A stretch of 64,000 nt of DNA from positions 1,275,592 to 1,339,591 of the forward strand of contig NZ_CP063779.1 in NCBI RefSeq assembly GCF_021596945.1, given 5' to 3'. The notes under the pieces were generated by a model, which did no database searches, was not told the origin of the DNA, and saw only the letters and a program-made list of their open reading frames with translations. Each line of letters begins with the position of its first letter. Position 1 is the first letter of the stretch. Made by a program: the position numbers and the translations under genes. Shown here one piece after another: positions 36,101 to 43,901 of the stretch. Source of the stretch: Mongoliitalea daihaiensis (lineage in GTDB: Bacteria > Bacteroidota > Bacteroidia > Cytophagales > Cyclobacteriaceae).

Positions 36101-38031
36101 CACGGGCTCTAGCCCAACTTTTTTGGTATTTCCTTCCAGAAGACCAAAAAGTGTTTTTTAAAAAACAGTTTATCTTCATTAACCTAATCAAGCAGGCCTT
36201 TGCCCATACAAAAGAAATTGAGCATCTCCTGCATACCTTAAGTACTGAAATCTCACAATTTAAAAATACCTATCAATTATTTTCAGATGTAAACTCTTAT
36301 CAGGCATCCATTTACCTTTCGGAACAGCAAGCCAATGACAGTTTCATTATGGAAGCTCAAGCCAATGAATTGTTGATTGCATTCAAAAAATCACTGAAGG
36401 AAAAAAACCTTGATATAAGCTTTGCTGAAGCACAACAGGAATTGAAGGCCTTTCCTGCGGCAATTTGGCACCTTTCTAACCATTGGATCAAAACATATAT
36501 TTCCACACTTCAAGTAGAATTTCCTAGGTCTATTGTGGAGGAGGCTACTGCTTTTATTATTACAGGTGCTTATCATGGTCAGGATATTCATCATGTTTCT
36601 GGAAAAGTTAGGCTTGAGGGCTTGAAGACAGCTATCGGGTCTCAAGAAACAGATTCAGTTGTTTACGACTTTGATTATCATGATTTCCATAGACGCTTAC
36701 GGTATTTTTCTGACCAAGTTCGTCCCAGATTTCAGCAGTTACAAGAGTTGAAGCATCACTTGATTTTGGAAAAGAAAAAAGCACTCCGTTTGCATGAGTT
36801 CCAAACACAGGTATTAACGAGTTTCGTTCGAAATAAATTAATCAACCAAGTATATTTTCCATTGATTGGACAAAATTTCTCCAAACAATTAGGGGTTTCT
36901 GGGCAAGATAAACGTACCGATCGCTCTGGAATGCTGTTATTGATTTCTCCTCCTGGGTATGGAAAGACTACCTTGATGGAATATGTCGCTGATCGTTTAG
37001 GTTTGATTTTTATGAAAATCAATGGTCCATCCATAGGTCATGAAATAACATCTGTGGATCCTGCCGAGGCCAAAAATGCTGCAACTAGGCAAGAATTACA
37101 AAAACTCAATTTGGCTTTTGAGATGAGAGATAATGTGATGCTTTATTTGGATGACATTCAGCATTGCAATCCAGAGTTCTTACAGAAATTCATTTCCTTA
37201 GCAGATGGGCAACGAAAGATTGAGGGAGTTTATAACGGGGTTTCCAAAACCTATGATTTCAGAGGGAAGCGCTTCTGTATTGTAATGGCAGGTAATCCTT
37301 ATACTGAAAGTGGAGAAAAATTCCAGATTCCAGATATGTTATCCAACCGAGCGGATATCTACAATTTAGGTGATACGGCATCCAATAGAGTAGATTTGTT
37401 CAAGTTAAGTTTGATTGAAAATGGCCTTACATCCAATATGTACCTAAAGTCTATCACCCAGTATGGCTTGGAAAATTTATACAAACTAGTGGAATTCATT
37501 GAAAATGGAGAGCAGCAATTGCCAGATTTGGAGGGGAATATTACGAGTATGGAAATTCAGGATTGTATCCAAGTATTGCAAAAGACCATGAAGATAAGGG
37601 ATGTTGTCTTAAAAGTAAATGCTGCTTACATAGCATCAGCTGCCATGGCTGATGATTACCGGGAAGAACCACCATTTAAGTTACAAGGTTCTTATCGTGA
37701 TATGAATAAATTGATGGGACAAATTGTGCCTATTTTGAATGAAAAAGAGGTCACACAACTACTGCTTGATCATTATCAAAACGAGTCCCAAACCTTGACA
37801 TCAGATGCTGAGTCCAATTTGTTGAAGTTAGCAGAAATGATGAACATGCTAGATCCAATCAAAAAAGAGCGTTGGGATGCCATCAAAGCCACATTTGTAA
37901 GAAACAATAGAGTCAGAGGATTTGGTGACAATGACCGAATGTCTCAAATTATTGGTCAGATGAATTTATTTGTGGAAGGTCTAGAAGGAATCAAACAAGT
38001 CTTGGATTATCGAAATTCGAAGAAGCAGTAA
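33178..38031 (+). CDS. Giant 1617-aa protein. It has an uncharacterised roughly 1180-aa N-terminal region (mixed beta then coiled-coil/alpha) and a C-terminal MoxR/AAA_5-like AAA+ ATPase domain.
   Basis: Walker A LLLISPPGYGKTTLMEY (about nt 36950). Walker B VMLYLDDIQHCNPEFLQKF. Then ..GKRFCIVMAGNPYTESGEKFQIPDMLSNRADIYNLG, paralleling MoxR ..PFFVLATQNP..LPEAQLDRF... The single uninterrupted ORF has protein-like composition throughout. It starts 164 bp after the flotillin stop and ends before a DUF58 gene, the classic MoxR partner. Confidence 0.6.
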   Translation: METNIEKGTYDIIQARLQQQRSSLVENLQKLNQERQQIFGAVEFKLLSNVRINTQHNCIARDIVSIGDACLFGYNVRLGLKTVLEVGDVFSVYRFSDHEFHPMSLELIQDKSFADELQNLYKFYRHTQFSRFFVQGSFLYMVFQLSDSPTDIKAFKWLIEENKLQFVDSRSAAEVKFPLQYEFEWIRATRDMQRTGKNPHISIVDKVFVETTKGNLTIKVEDNTDDGLGIYSEDVLHSDQSLDDGEIHFCDLGNLVLLKIKPYLESERYFIFNHRVKNVVRVDTLKDAGILLPDDQGILLSNGYYLQTGENKIFDRKIEGVKFLRKIQSPNGEDYLFIFYEEKNHDFVILSYNVIEQTVKTPIFCNGYTLFTEGELCYFNTEKEPGKHHNIQVWQTPYTKEILPNEAFKNHELYKIGNRSIVKAMAEVQELIVLLAKEDSYNGLYLDIEKRSQSILDGYFWLRSSQLQALSQALQETKEIALAAIGEFEKVLQIKQHTLSTYTNVKEKVDKVLFETRSSNFESLDQYVSLLSQMRGIRGEIIGLKNLRYIDLEQVELLEVGVAKRAEELSQACVQFLLQDNALDYYKVKMDFLTNDVSKLEKVIDAKSLEKSFDQLSKELELLIEIVNNLNVEDTAHATQIIESISLIFAQLNQQRVALNNRRKQIGEREARADFQAQMTLFEQSIVNFLELANDTAKCDEYLSKLSIQLEELEGRFVDFDDFIDKISEKRESVYAAFESKKGNLTEARNKRTNSLFASATRILNSIKSRAATFGTEVEINGYFASDLMIDKVRDVASQLQSLGDSAKSEDLLNQLQVLQQEAIRALKDKNELFEDGNQVIKLGEYRFAVNQQKLDLTMLVKNNTYHFHLTGTSYYEAVHAPEMEELKDVWDQELPSENRTVHRTEYLAWQVFQSLDKNKVWIDSDLANQIAQYTATHYGEGYVKGVHDQDALLILQALLEKERDLGLLRFESTTRALAQLFWYFLPEDQKVFFKKQFIFINLIKQAFAHTKEIEHLLHTLSTEISQFKNTYQLFSDVNSYQASIYLSEQQANDSFIMEAQANELLIAFKKSLKEKNLDISFAEAQQELKAFPAAIWHLSNHWIKTYISTLQVEFPRSIVEEATAFIITGAYHGQDIHHVSGKVRLEGLKTAIGSQETDSVVYDFDYHDFHRRLRYFSDQVRPRFQQLQELKHHLILEKKKALRLHEFQTQVLTSFVRNKLINQVYFPLIGQNFSKQLGVSGQDKRTDRSGMLLLISPPGYGKTTLMEYVADRLGLIFMKINGPSIGHEITSVDPAEAKNAATRQELQKLNLAFEMRDNVMLYLDDIQHCNPEFLQKFISLADGQRKIEGVYNGVSKTYDFRGKRFCIVMAGNPYTESGEKFQIPDMLSNRADIYNLGDTASNRVDLFKLSLIENGLTSNMYLKSITQYGLENLYKLVEFIENGEQQLPDLEGNITSMEIQDCIQVLQKTMKIRDVVLKVNAAYIASAAMADDYREEPPFKLQGSYRDMNKLMGQIVPILNEKEVTQLLLDHYQNESQTLTSDAESNLLKLAEMMNMLDPIKKERWDAIKATFVRNNRVRGFGDNDRMSQIIGQMNLFVEGLEGIKQVLDYRNSKKQ

Positions 38032-38090
38032 ATTTAGCTTTGAAGGGCATAATTGTATGCAAAATCTAAATGAAGATTGCAAAGGAATAA

Positions 38091-38468
38091 CTACCCCCTC
38101 TGCCCATAATAATTGTAATCCTTGATGATATGCTCAATAAAAGCTAAGTTTTTTTCCTCAGGGTTTAGCTGCAGCAGGGAGGCAGTTTTCTCGGCTAATT
38201 GTTTGATGAGCAAGAAATCCCCTGATTTTAGGGCTTCACTTTTGATCTGCTTGATTTGTTGATCGCTGAGGTTCATTACCTGTGGGTATTTGGGAACATA
38301 GTCTTCGGGAATTTCTTGTAATAAAGTTTCATGCAGGCCAATCCTGAATTTTTCTGATACTACAGTCGTCCCTGCGGCTACATCACCTACCCGCTGTCCC
38401 TTTCCGGTAATCAAAATAGTGATAATGGCCACCCCACCACTGGTCAATGAAATATCTACAAAGCGCAT
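38091..38468 (-). CDS. Small protein with a single TM helix and an RDD-family C-terminal-like motif at its N-terminus. Possibly a truncated RDD-domain remnant fused to a roughly 85-aa soluble domain.
   Basis: GGVAIITILITGKGQRVGDVAAGTTVV matches the conserved RDD C-terminal segment (G.RLGD..AGT.VV), but only about 10 residues precede it and an in-frame stop lies 14 codons upstream. Its start is 12 bp from the divergent ORF. Confidence 0.35.
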   Translation of the reverse strand: MRFVDISLTSGGVAIITILITGKGQRVGDVAAGTTVVSEKFRIGLHETLLQEIPEDYVPKYPQVMNLSDQQIKQIKSEALKSGDFLLIKQLAEKTASLLQLNPEEKNLAFIEHIIKDYNYYGQRG

Positions 38469-38480
38469 CAGCTGACTCCC

Positions 38481-39426
38481 TTGGAGAGAGGGGAGTATTA
38501 TTTTGGGGATTTACATGTATTTGTTCAAAGTAAGCTTGGTTTAGCCAAGCGAAGGTTGAGTTTCCAGCGGGGGCAATTGGTCAAGGTGTATCCTTCCTTT
38601 ATTCAAATGCAGCAGTATGATTTTTTGGCAACCAATACTCGAAGGATGGCACAAGAGCTAAAAAAAAATCAGGAGAATTGGCCACACCTTGGAGTTTGAG
38701 CAAATTAAGGAGTATACGGTGGGGGACGATGTGCGATCGATTAATTGGAAAGCCACTGCCAAAGCTGCTGATTTGATGGTCAATCAATTTCAAGATGAAA
38801 AGTCCCAGCACATCTATTCCATTTTGGACATGGGTAGGGTCATGCAGATGCCATTTGAAGGTTTGAGTCTCTTGGATTATGCAATCAATAGTTGTCTAGC
38901 ATTTTCCAATATTGCCATCAAAAAGGGAGATAAAGCTGGAGTAGTCACTTTTTCTCATGTTATCCATAAATCGCCAGCAGCGAGTAATCGGAAAACCCAT
39001 TTGTTGGGTATTTTGGAAATGCTCTATGGTCTAAAGACGGATTATTTGGATACGGATTTTGGGCTATTGTATACTTGGTTGAAGCGAAAAGTTAATCAGA
39101 GAAGTATGGTCATGCTTTTTACCAATTTCGAATATCATTCGGCATTGGAGCGTCAATTACCTTATTTACAGGCTATTGCCAAGCAACACTTACTAGTCGT
39201 TGTAATGTTTGAGAACACGCTGCTTGAATCTGTCGCTGAAAGCCAATCGGAGCGTCTTTCGGATGTGTTCAACCAAACCATTGCGGGGAAATTTATTTAT
39301 GATAAAAGATGGATGGCCAAGGAGCTCAACCGTCATGGAATCCAAACTATCCTTACCAAACCGAAGAAATTGAGCATTCATACCATCAACAAATACTTGG
39401 AGTTAAAGGCTAGGGGCTTGATTTAG
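38481..39426 (+). pseudogene. DUF58-family (vWA-like, MoxR-associated) gene split into two ORFs (38481-38699 and 38689-39426) by a frameshift in an A9 homopolymer. This is either a genuine pseudogene or phase-variable gene, or a sequencing error.
   Basis: The downstream ORF begins exactly at the DUF58 signature EFEQIKEYTVGDDVRSINWKATAK (consensus EF..REY.PGDDLRRIDWKA.AR) with no room for the usual roughly 60-aa N-terminus. Removing one A from the A9 run (38660-38668) fuses the upstream ORF in frame, giving ..ELKKIRRIGHTLEFEQIKEY.., which matches the ..HRSRRRG.SLEF.. consensus. The fused product is about 310 aa, typical for DUF58. Confidence 0.55.
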
Positions 39427-39469
39427 TGCTTGGATAGACACATAAATAGCCCGAATTTATCTCATTATA

Positions 39470-40765
39470 TCAATTCATCCTTCCCAACAACTGAATTCTG
39501 TGAGAGTCTAGTTTGATGAAAATAAACAGTAAAATCGTAAAGGACCACAGAGAAGACCCTCCATAGCTAAAGAATGGCAAAGGAATTCCAACTACGGGGA
39601 ATAAACCAATCGTCATTGAGATATTGATCATCACATGAAAAAGCAAGATGGAAACCACACAATATCCATAGATTCTGGAGAATCTATTTTTCTGGCGTTC
39701 GGCTAGGTATATTAATCGAATAAGTAAAGTACAGAAAAGAATGATGACCACTGTACTTCCAACCCATCCAAACTCCTCGCCCAAGGTGCAAAAGATAAAG
39801 TCAGTATGCTGTTCGGGCACGAAGTCAAACTTGGTTTGGGTTCCCTCCAGGTAGCCTTTGCCCCAAAATCCACCAGAACCGATGGCAATTTTCGATTGAG
39901 TAACATTCCAACCAACTCCCAAAGGGTCCAAATCGGGGTTGAATAGGACCATGATTCGGTTTTGCTGATGTTCTGGCAATTTGGAGACCACATAGTCTAA
40001 GCTGTATATGTAAACTACCGCGAGTACGCCGATACCAAGCAGTGTTAAAATTCTTCCAAGCCTTTTTTTACCCATCAAGATCAGAAGCCCAATTACAGCG
40101 AAAACTCCAATTACCAAATACAAATTATTTTCTATCCCTAAAGCCAGCAAAGAAACCGCAACAAGGGCCAATCCTAAAGCATAATAATATTGAGGCATGC
40201 CCTCTCTATAAAGCATGATAAAAAATGCAAAATACACCATGGCAGTTCCCGTATCGGGCTGAAGCATGATCAAAATCACAGGTATCATGATGATGATTAC
40301 TGCCTGAAATTGGTGTTTGATCTGAGAGAGATCAAAACTTGGCCTTTCCATGTACTTAGCAAGAGCCAAAGCTGTAGTAAATTTTGCAAACTCAGAGGGT
40401 TGGATCCTAAAAGAGCCAACACCAATGGAAAGAATTTGCCCATTGACTTCTTTTCCAATAAATGGAGTAATGATCAATAAAACCAAAAATACAATGTATA
40501 GAATCCATGCAAGGTTATCAAAGACTCTGTAATCTGCCACCATGATCAGAAGAATAATGATAAATGCGGCTCCAATACGAATAAGCTGTTGTCCAGAATT
40601 GATAGATAAGTCAAAAATACTCTTAGGAAATTGCTCATCATAGACCGCTGCATAGATATTGAACCAGCCAAAAATAACAAGGCACACGTATATGCCAACT
40701 GTTAGCCAATCGATCTTATTTAAATATAATTCATCCTTATTTCTCACCTTACATAAATTTTCCAA
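39470..40765 (-). CDS. rodA: Rod-shape-determining protein RodA (SEDS-family peptidoglycan polymerase)
   Basis: 431 aa with 10 TM helices. FtsW/RodA/SpoVE family motifs are present (..LGEEFGWVGS.., ..GGSSLWS..). It is the last gene of the mreBCD-mrdA-rodA operon, and its start overlaps the mrdA stop by 17 nt. Confidence 0.82.
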   Translation of the reverse strand: MENLCKVRNKDELYLNKIDWLTVGIYVCLVIFGWFNIYAAVYDEQFPKSIFDLSINSGQQLIRIGAAFIIILLIMVADYRVFDNLAWILYIVFLVLLIITPFIGKEVNGQILSIGVGSFRIQPSEFAKFTTALALAKYMERPSFDLSQIKHQFQAVIIIMIPVILIMLQPDTGTAMVYFAFFIMLYREGMPQYYYALGLALVAVSLLALGIENNLYLVIGVFAVIGLLILMGKKRLGRILTLLGIGVLAVVYIYSLDYVVSKLPEHQQNRIMVLFNPDLDPLGVGWNVTQSKIAIGSGGFWGKGYLEGTQTKFDFVPEQHTDFIFCTLGEEFGWVGSTVVIILFCTLLIRLIYLAERQKNRFSRIYGYCVVSILLFHVMINISMTIGLFPVVGIPLPFFSYGGSSLWSFTILLFIFIKLDSHRIQLLGRMN

Positions 40766-42548
40766 TCAGCACATATTCTTCCAATGCTTCTCGGGTAATA
40801 TAGCCGCGGATGTATTTTTCAATCATCAAACTTGCTGTACTTGCAGCTGCACGACCACCCCAACCAGCATTTTCTACATATACTGCAATCGCTATTTTCG
40901 GATCTTCTTTGGGGGCAAATGCCACGAAAACAGAGTGATCCTCTCCTTGTGGATTTTGGGCAGTTCCTGTTTTACCAGCTACTGCAATATCTTTGATGGC
41001 GGCTCTGGCTGCTGTCCCATAGATAGCCTCTGCCATCGCATCTTGGACCATATCAAAATGATGGGCGTCCACGCCCACATCGATTTTTGTGCGGTACTTG
41101 ATGTCGATTTTTTTCGGATCTCCATCGATCGCTTTGATCAAGTGAGGAGTGTAATAGTATCCCTTATTTGCAAAAACCGCCGCTAAGTTTGCCATCTGAA
41201 GTGGTGTGACAAGCATTTCTCCCTGACCTATGGAAAGGGAATAAATGGTAGAGTACTTCCAACGGTTGGGTCCATACACTCGGTCGTATAGTTTACTGGA
41301 AGGAATATCTCCACCTTTTTCATTGTATAAATCAATACCCAGTGGACCACCAAGACCAAATTTCAATACTTTTTCTCTCCATTCATTCAAGCCAATTTCT
41401 GTGTCCTTAAAGGTGTTTTTAGAAACTTCCCGGTTGATCATCATGCGGTAGGCTTGATGATAATATGGATTACAGGAATATTTGATAGCCCCAAATAGAT
41501 TGACTGGGTTGGGATGATTATGACATGCCACTAAGGATCTGTTACAGGAAAGCGTAGTATTTGGAGTCAATACTCCCATTTGTAAACCTATCAGTGATTG
41601 TACAACTTTGAAGATGGATCCCGGAGGATACATAGCCATGATGGGTCTGTTAAACAACGGCTTACTTTCATCCCGGTTGAGCAACATATAATTTGCACCA
41701 AATTTGGCACCTGTCAAGACATTGGGATCATAAGTAGGAGCTGATATCATAGCAAGGATTTCTCCTGTCTTTGGCTCAATAGCCACCACCGAGCCTCTTT
41801 TGCCGGCCATGAGTAGTTCTCCATATTCTTGAAGAGCAAGATCAATTGTCGAGGTAATGTTATTGCCTGCTACTGAAGCCGTGTCATATTCTCCAGACTT
41901 GAAAGGACCCTTATCCACCCCGCGGACGTTAACCATTTTATATTTGACACCTTTGACACCTCGAAGGGTTTTTTCATAAAACCCTTCAATTCCACTGAGG
42001 CCCACATAATCACCTTGTCTGTAATAGCGCACGGTGTCACGCTCAAGCTGTGTGGCAGAGATTTCACCTATGTACCCCAAAGCGTTGGCAGCAGATGGCT
42101 GAGGGTAGGATCTCACCGATCGAGTCATTACAAATAGGCCCGGATAATCAATCAAGTAATCCTGAATTCGTGCAAAATCCGTCGTTGAAATCTGCTTGAC
42201 AAGGGGAGAGGGCTTGACAGAGGAGTATTTTCTTGCTGCAGTATAGTTTTCGATCAGTTGCTCTTTGCTGATTTGAAAAATCTCACAGAAGCGTGTAGTA
42301 TCTTTTACATTAAATTCCCGAGGAATTACCATCAGATCAAAAATGGGATTATTATATACCATAATTTTCCCTGTTCGATCATACACCAACCCCCTGTACG
42401 GATGGTCTACCACTCGTTGAATAGCATTCCGTTCAGCTCTTTTCAAAAAGCTGTCATCCATGACTTGTATTGAAAACAGTCTTATTACGATTATCAACCC
42501 CACCAATACGACGACGATGCTGAGGATGATAGGTCTCTGATCATTCAT
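40749..42548 (-). CDS. mrdA: Penicillin-binding protein 2 (elongasome class B transpeptidase)
   Basis: 599 aa. N-terminal TM anchor and dimerisation domain. Transpeptidase motifs SxxK (..PGSIFKVV..), SxN and KTG (..AGKTGTAQ..). Confidence 0.88.
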   Translation of the reverse strand: MNDQRPIILSIVVVLVGLIIVIRLFSIQVMDDSFLKRAERNAIQRVVDHPYRGLVYDRTGKIMVYNNPIFDLMVIPREFNVKDTTRFCEIFQISKEQLIENYTAARKYSSVKPSPLVKQISTTDFARIQDYLIDYPGLFVMTRSVRSYPQPSAANALGYIGEISATQLERDTVRYYRQGDYVGLSGIEGFYEKTLRGVKGVKYKMVNVRGVDKGPFKSGEYDTASVAGNNITSTIDLALQEYGELLMAGKRGSVVAIEPKTGEILAMISAPTYDPNVLTGAKFGANYMLLNRDESKPLFNRPIMAMYPPGSIFKVVQSLIGLQMGVLTPNTTLSCNRSLVACHNHPNPVNLFGAIKYSCNPYYHQAYRMMINREVSKNTFKDTEIGLNEWREKVLKFGLGGPLGIDLYNEKGGDIPSSKLYDRVYGPNRWKYSTIYSLSIGQGEMLVTPLQMANLAAVFANKGYYYTPHLIKAIDGDPKKIDIKYRTKIDVGVDAHHFDMVQDAMAEAIYGTAARAAIKDIAVAGKTGTAQNPQGEDHSVFVAFAPKEDPKIAIAVYVENAGWGGRAAASTASLMIEKYIRGYITREALEEYVLIGKFM

Positions 42549-43069
42549 TAAACACCCCTTCTTCTCCTGTAGAATAACAGTTGAACAATTATACTGATTA
42601 TAAATACAAAAATAGCACTAGAAGCTGTTTTTTGAATAACTGGGATAAACAAATCTGTGCCCCAGCTTTCAATTGAAAAGAAAATGAAATGATGAATAAA
42701 AAACAGGGGTAGACTATATGTTAAAAACCAGCCAAAACCCATGTTTAAGAAGGTAGGTTGTAAGTCTTCATCATAACCTCCAGTAGGTGTAAGTAATTTG
42801 ATCCACTGCTCTCGTATAAATCCGATTACCAACAAGCTTGCTGTGTGAATACCCATGGTATCGTAAAAAATGTCCACGCTGATACCCAATACAAAGGAAA
42901 TGAGTAACATGGTGACAATCTTCATTTCTAAGGGCAATAAAAGCAGGTAAAGAACATATAAAAAACAAAAAATCATTCCAAAGATGACCATGTTTTTTAA
43001 AAGTAGTACCTGTACTATTAAGTAGATAAAGAAACCCAAGATTAGGTAAAAAATTTTTTGACTATTCAT
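42548..43069 (-). CDS. mreD: Rod-shape-determining protein MreD
   Basis: 173 aa polytopic membrane protein between mreC and mrdA. The stop/start overlaps (42548 and 43062-43069) indicate translational coupling. Confidence 0.6.
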   Translation of the reverse strand: MNSQKIFYLILGFFIYLIVQVLLLKNMVIFGMIFCFLYVLYLLLLPLEMKIVTMLLISFVLGISVDIFYDTMGIHTASLLVIGFIREQWIKLLTPTGGYDEDLQPTFLNMGFGWFLTYSLPLFFIHHFIFFSIESWGTDLFIPVIQKTASSAIFVFIISIIVQLLFYRRRRGV

Positions 43070-43895
43070 CTAGGATATCGCTTGATTTATACAACTCTTC
43101 CAATTCTTCTTCTCGATTGTTTTCTACTAGATACACATAGGATACCCTAGTAAAATCAGTAGAAAGTTCGAGGGTGATATCCAAATAATTAGTCTCTTTG
43201 CCAGGACTTACATCGATGACTTTCCCAATAGAAATGCCCTCTGGGAAAACGGCATTATATCCTGAAGTAACAATTTCATCACCAACAGCAATGTTGACAT
43301 GTCTCGGTACATAAAGCATTTTGGCACGCTTAGGGTCTTTGGCGTCCCATTTGGTCGAACCAAATACTTCGGAAGACTTTACTTTGGATGAAACCAACAA
43401 CTCTGTGTGTAGCAATGAAATAACTGAAGCAAAATTTTTGGTTACCGCCCTCACTCTTCCTACGACGCCTTCTTCATTAAACACCCCCATGCCTTCTTTG
43501 ATTCCATGGTTTGATCCACGGTTAATAGTGAGGTAGTTTTGACTGTGATGAATTGAATTGTTAATGATTTTGGCACCTTTAAATTGGAAGCTAGCACTGA
43601 GTACGCTATCTAATTCGATGTATACAGAATCAGCAGGTTTTTTAAACTTTTCTAATTCTGCGAGCAAATTTGCATTCTTGTCTACGAGGGCTTTGTTAAC
43701 CGAAGCCAATGAGAAGTAATCCAACACATTTGCCTGCGTATTCAGTATATTTCCTGTAATTTGATTGGCACTGTTGAACACAGCGGAGCCTTGCTGAGAG
43801 TTATTGGAAACAATCAGAAAAACAGCAATAGCCTCCAATGCTATAAATAGCAAGAAGGCTCGGATTCGATATAGAAATAAGAATATCCGCTGCAT
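43062..43895 (-). CDS. mreC: Rod-shape-determining protein MreC
   Basis: 277 aa. N-terminal TM helix, coiled coil (..LVDKNANLLAELEKFKK..) and tandem beta-domains (..GVVGRVRAVTKNFASVISL.., ..GDEIVTSGYNAVFPEGISIGKV..). Confidence 0.78.
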   Translation of the reverse strand: MQRIFLFLYRIRAFLLFIALEAIAVFLIVSNNSQQGSAVFNSANQITGNILNTQANVLDYFSLASVNKALVDKNANLLAELEKFKKPADSVYIELDSVLSASFQFKGAKIINNSIHHSQNYLTINRGSNHGIKEGMGVFNEEGVVGRVRAVTKNFASVISLLHTELLVSSKVKSSEVFGSTKWDAKDPKRAKMLYVPRHVNIAVGDEIVTSGYNAVFPEGISIGKVIDVSPGKETNYLDITLELSTDFTRVSYVYLVENNREEELEELYKSSDILDE

Positions 43896-43901
43896 TCTTC
43901 A

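Noticed and set aside
36391-37034. Minus-strand 84- and 92-aa ORFs inside the giant AAA+ gene
   Set aside because: They are embedded antisense in a long, compositionally uniform ORF whose AAA+ motifs are in the plus frame. They show no signals of independent expression.
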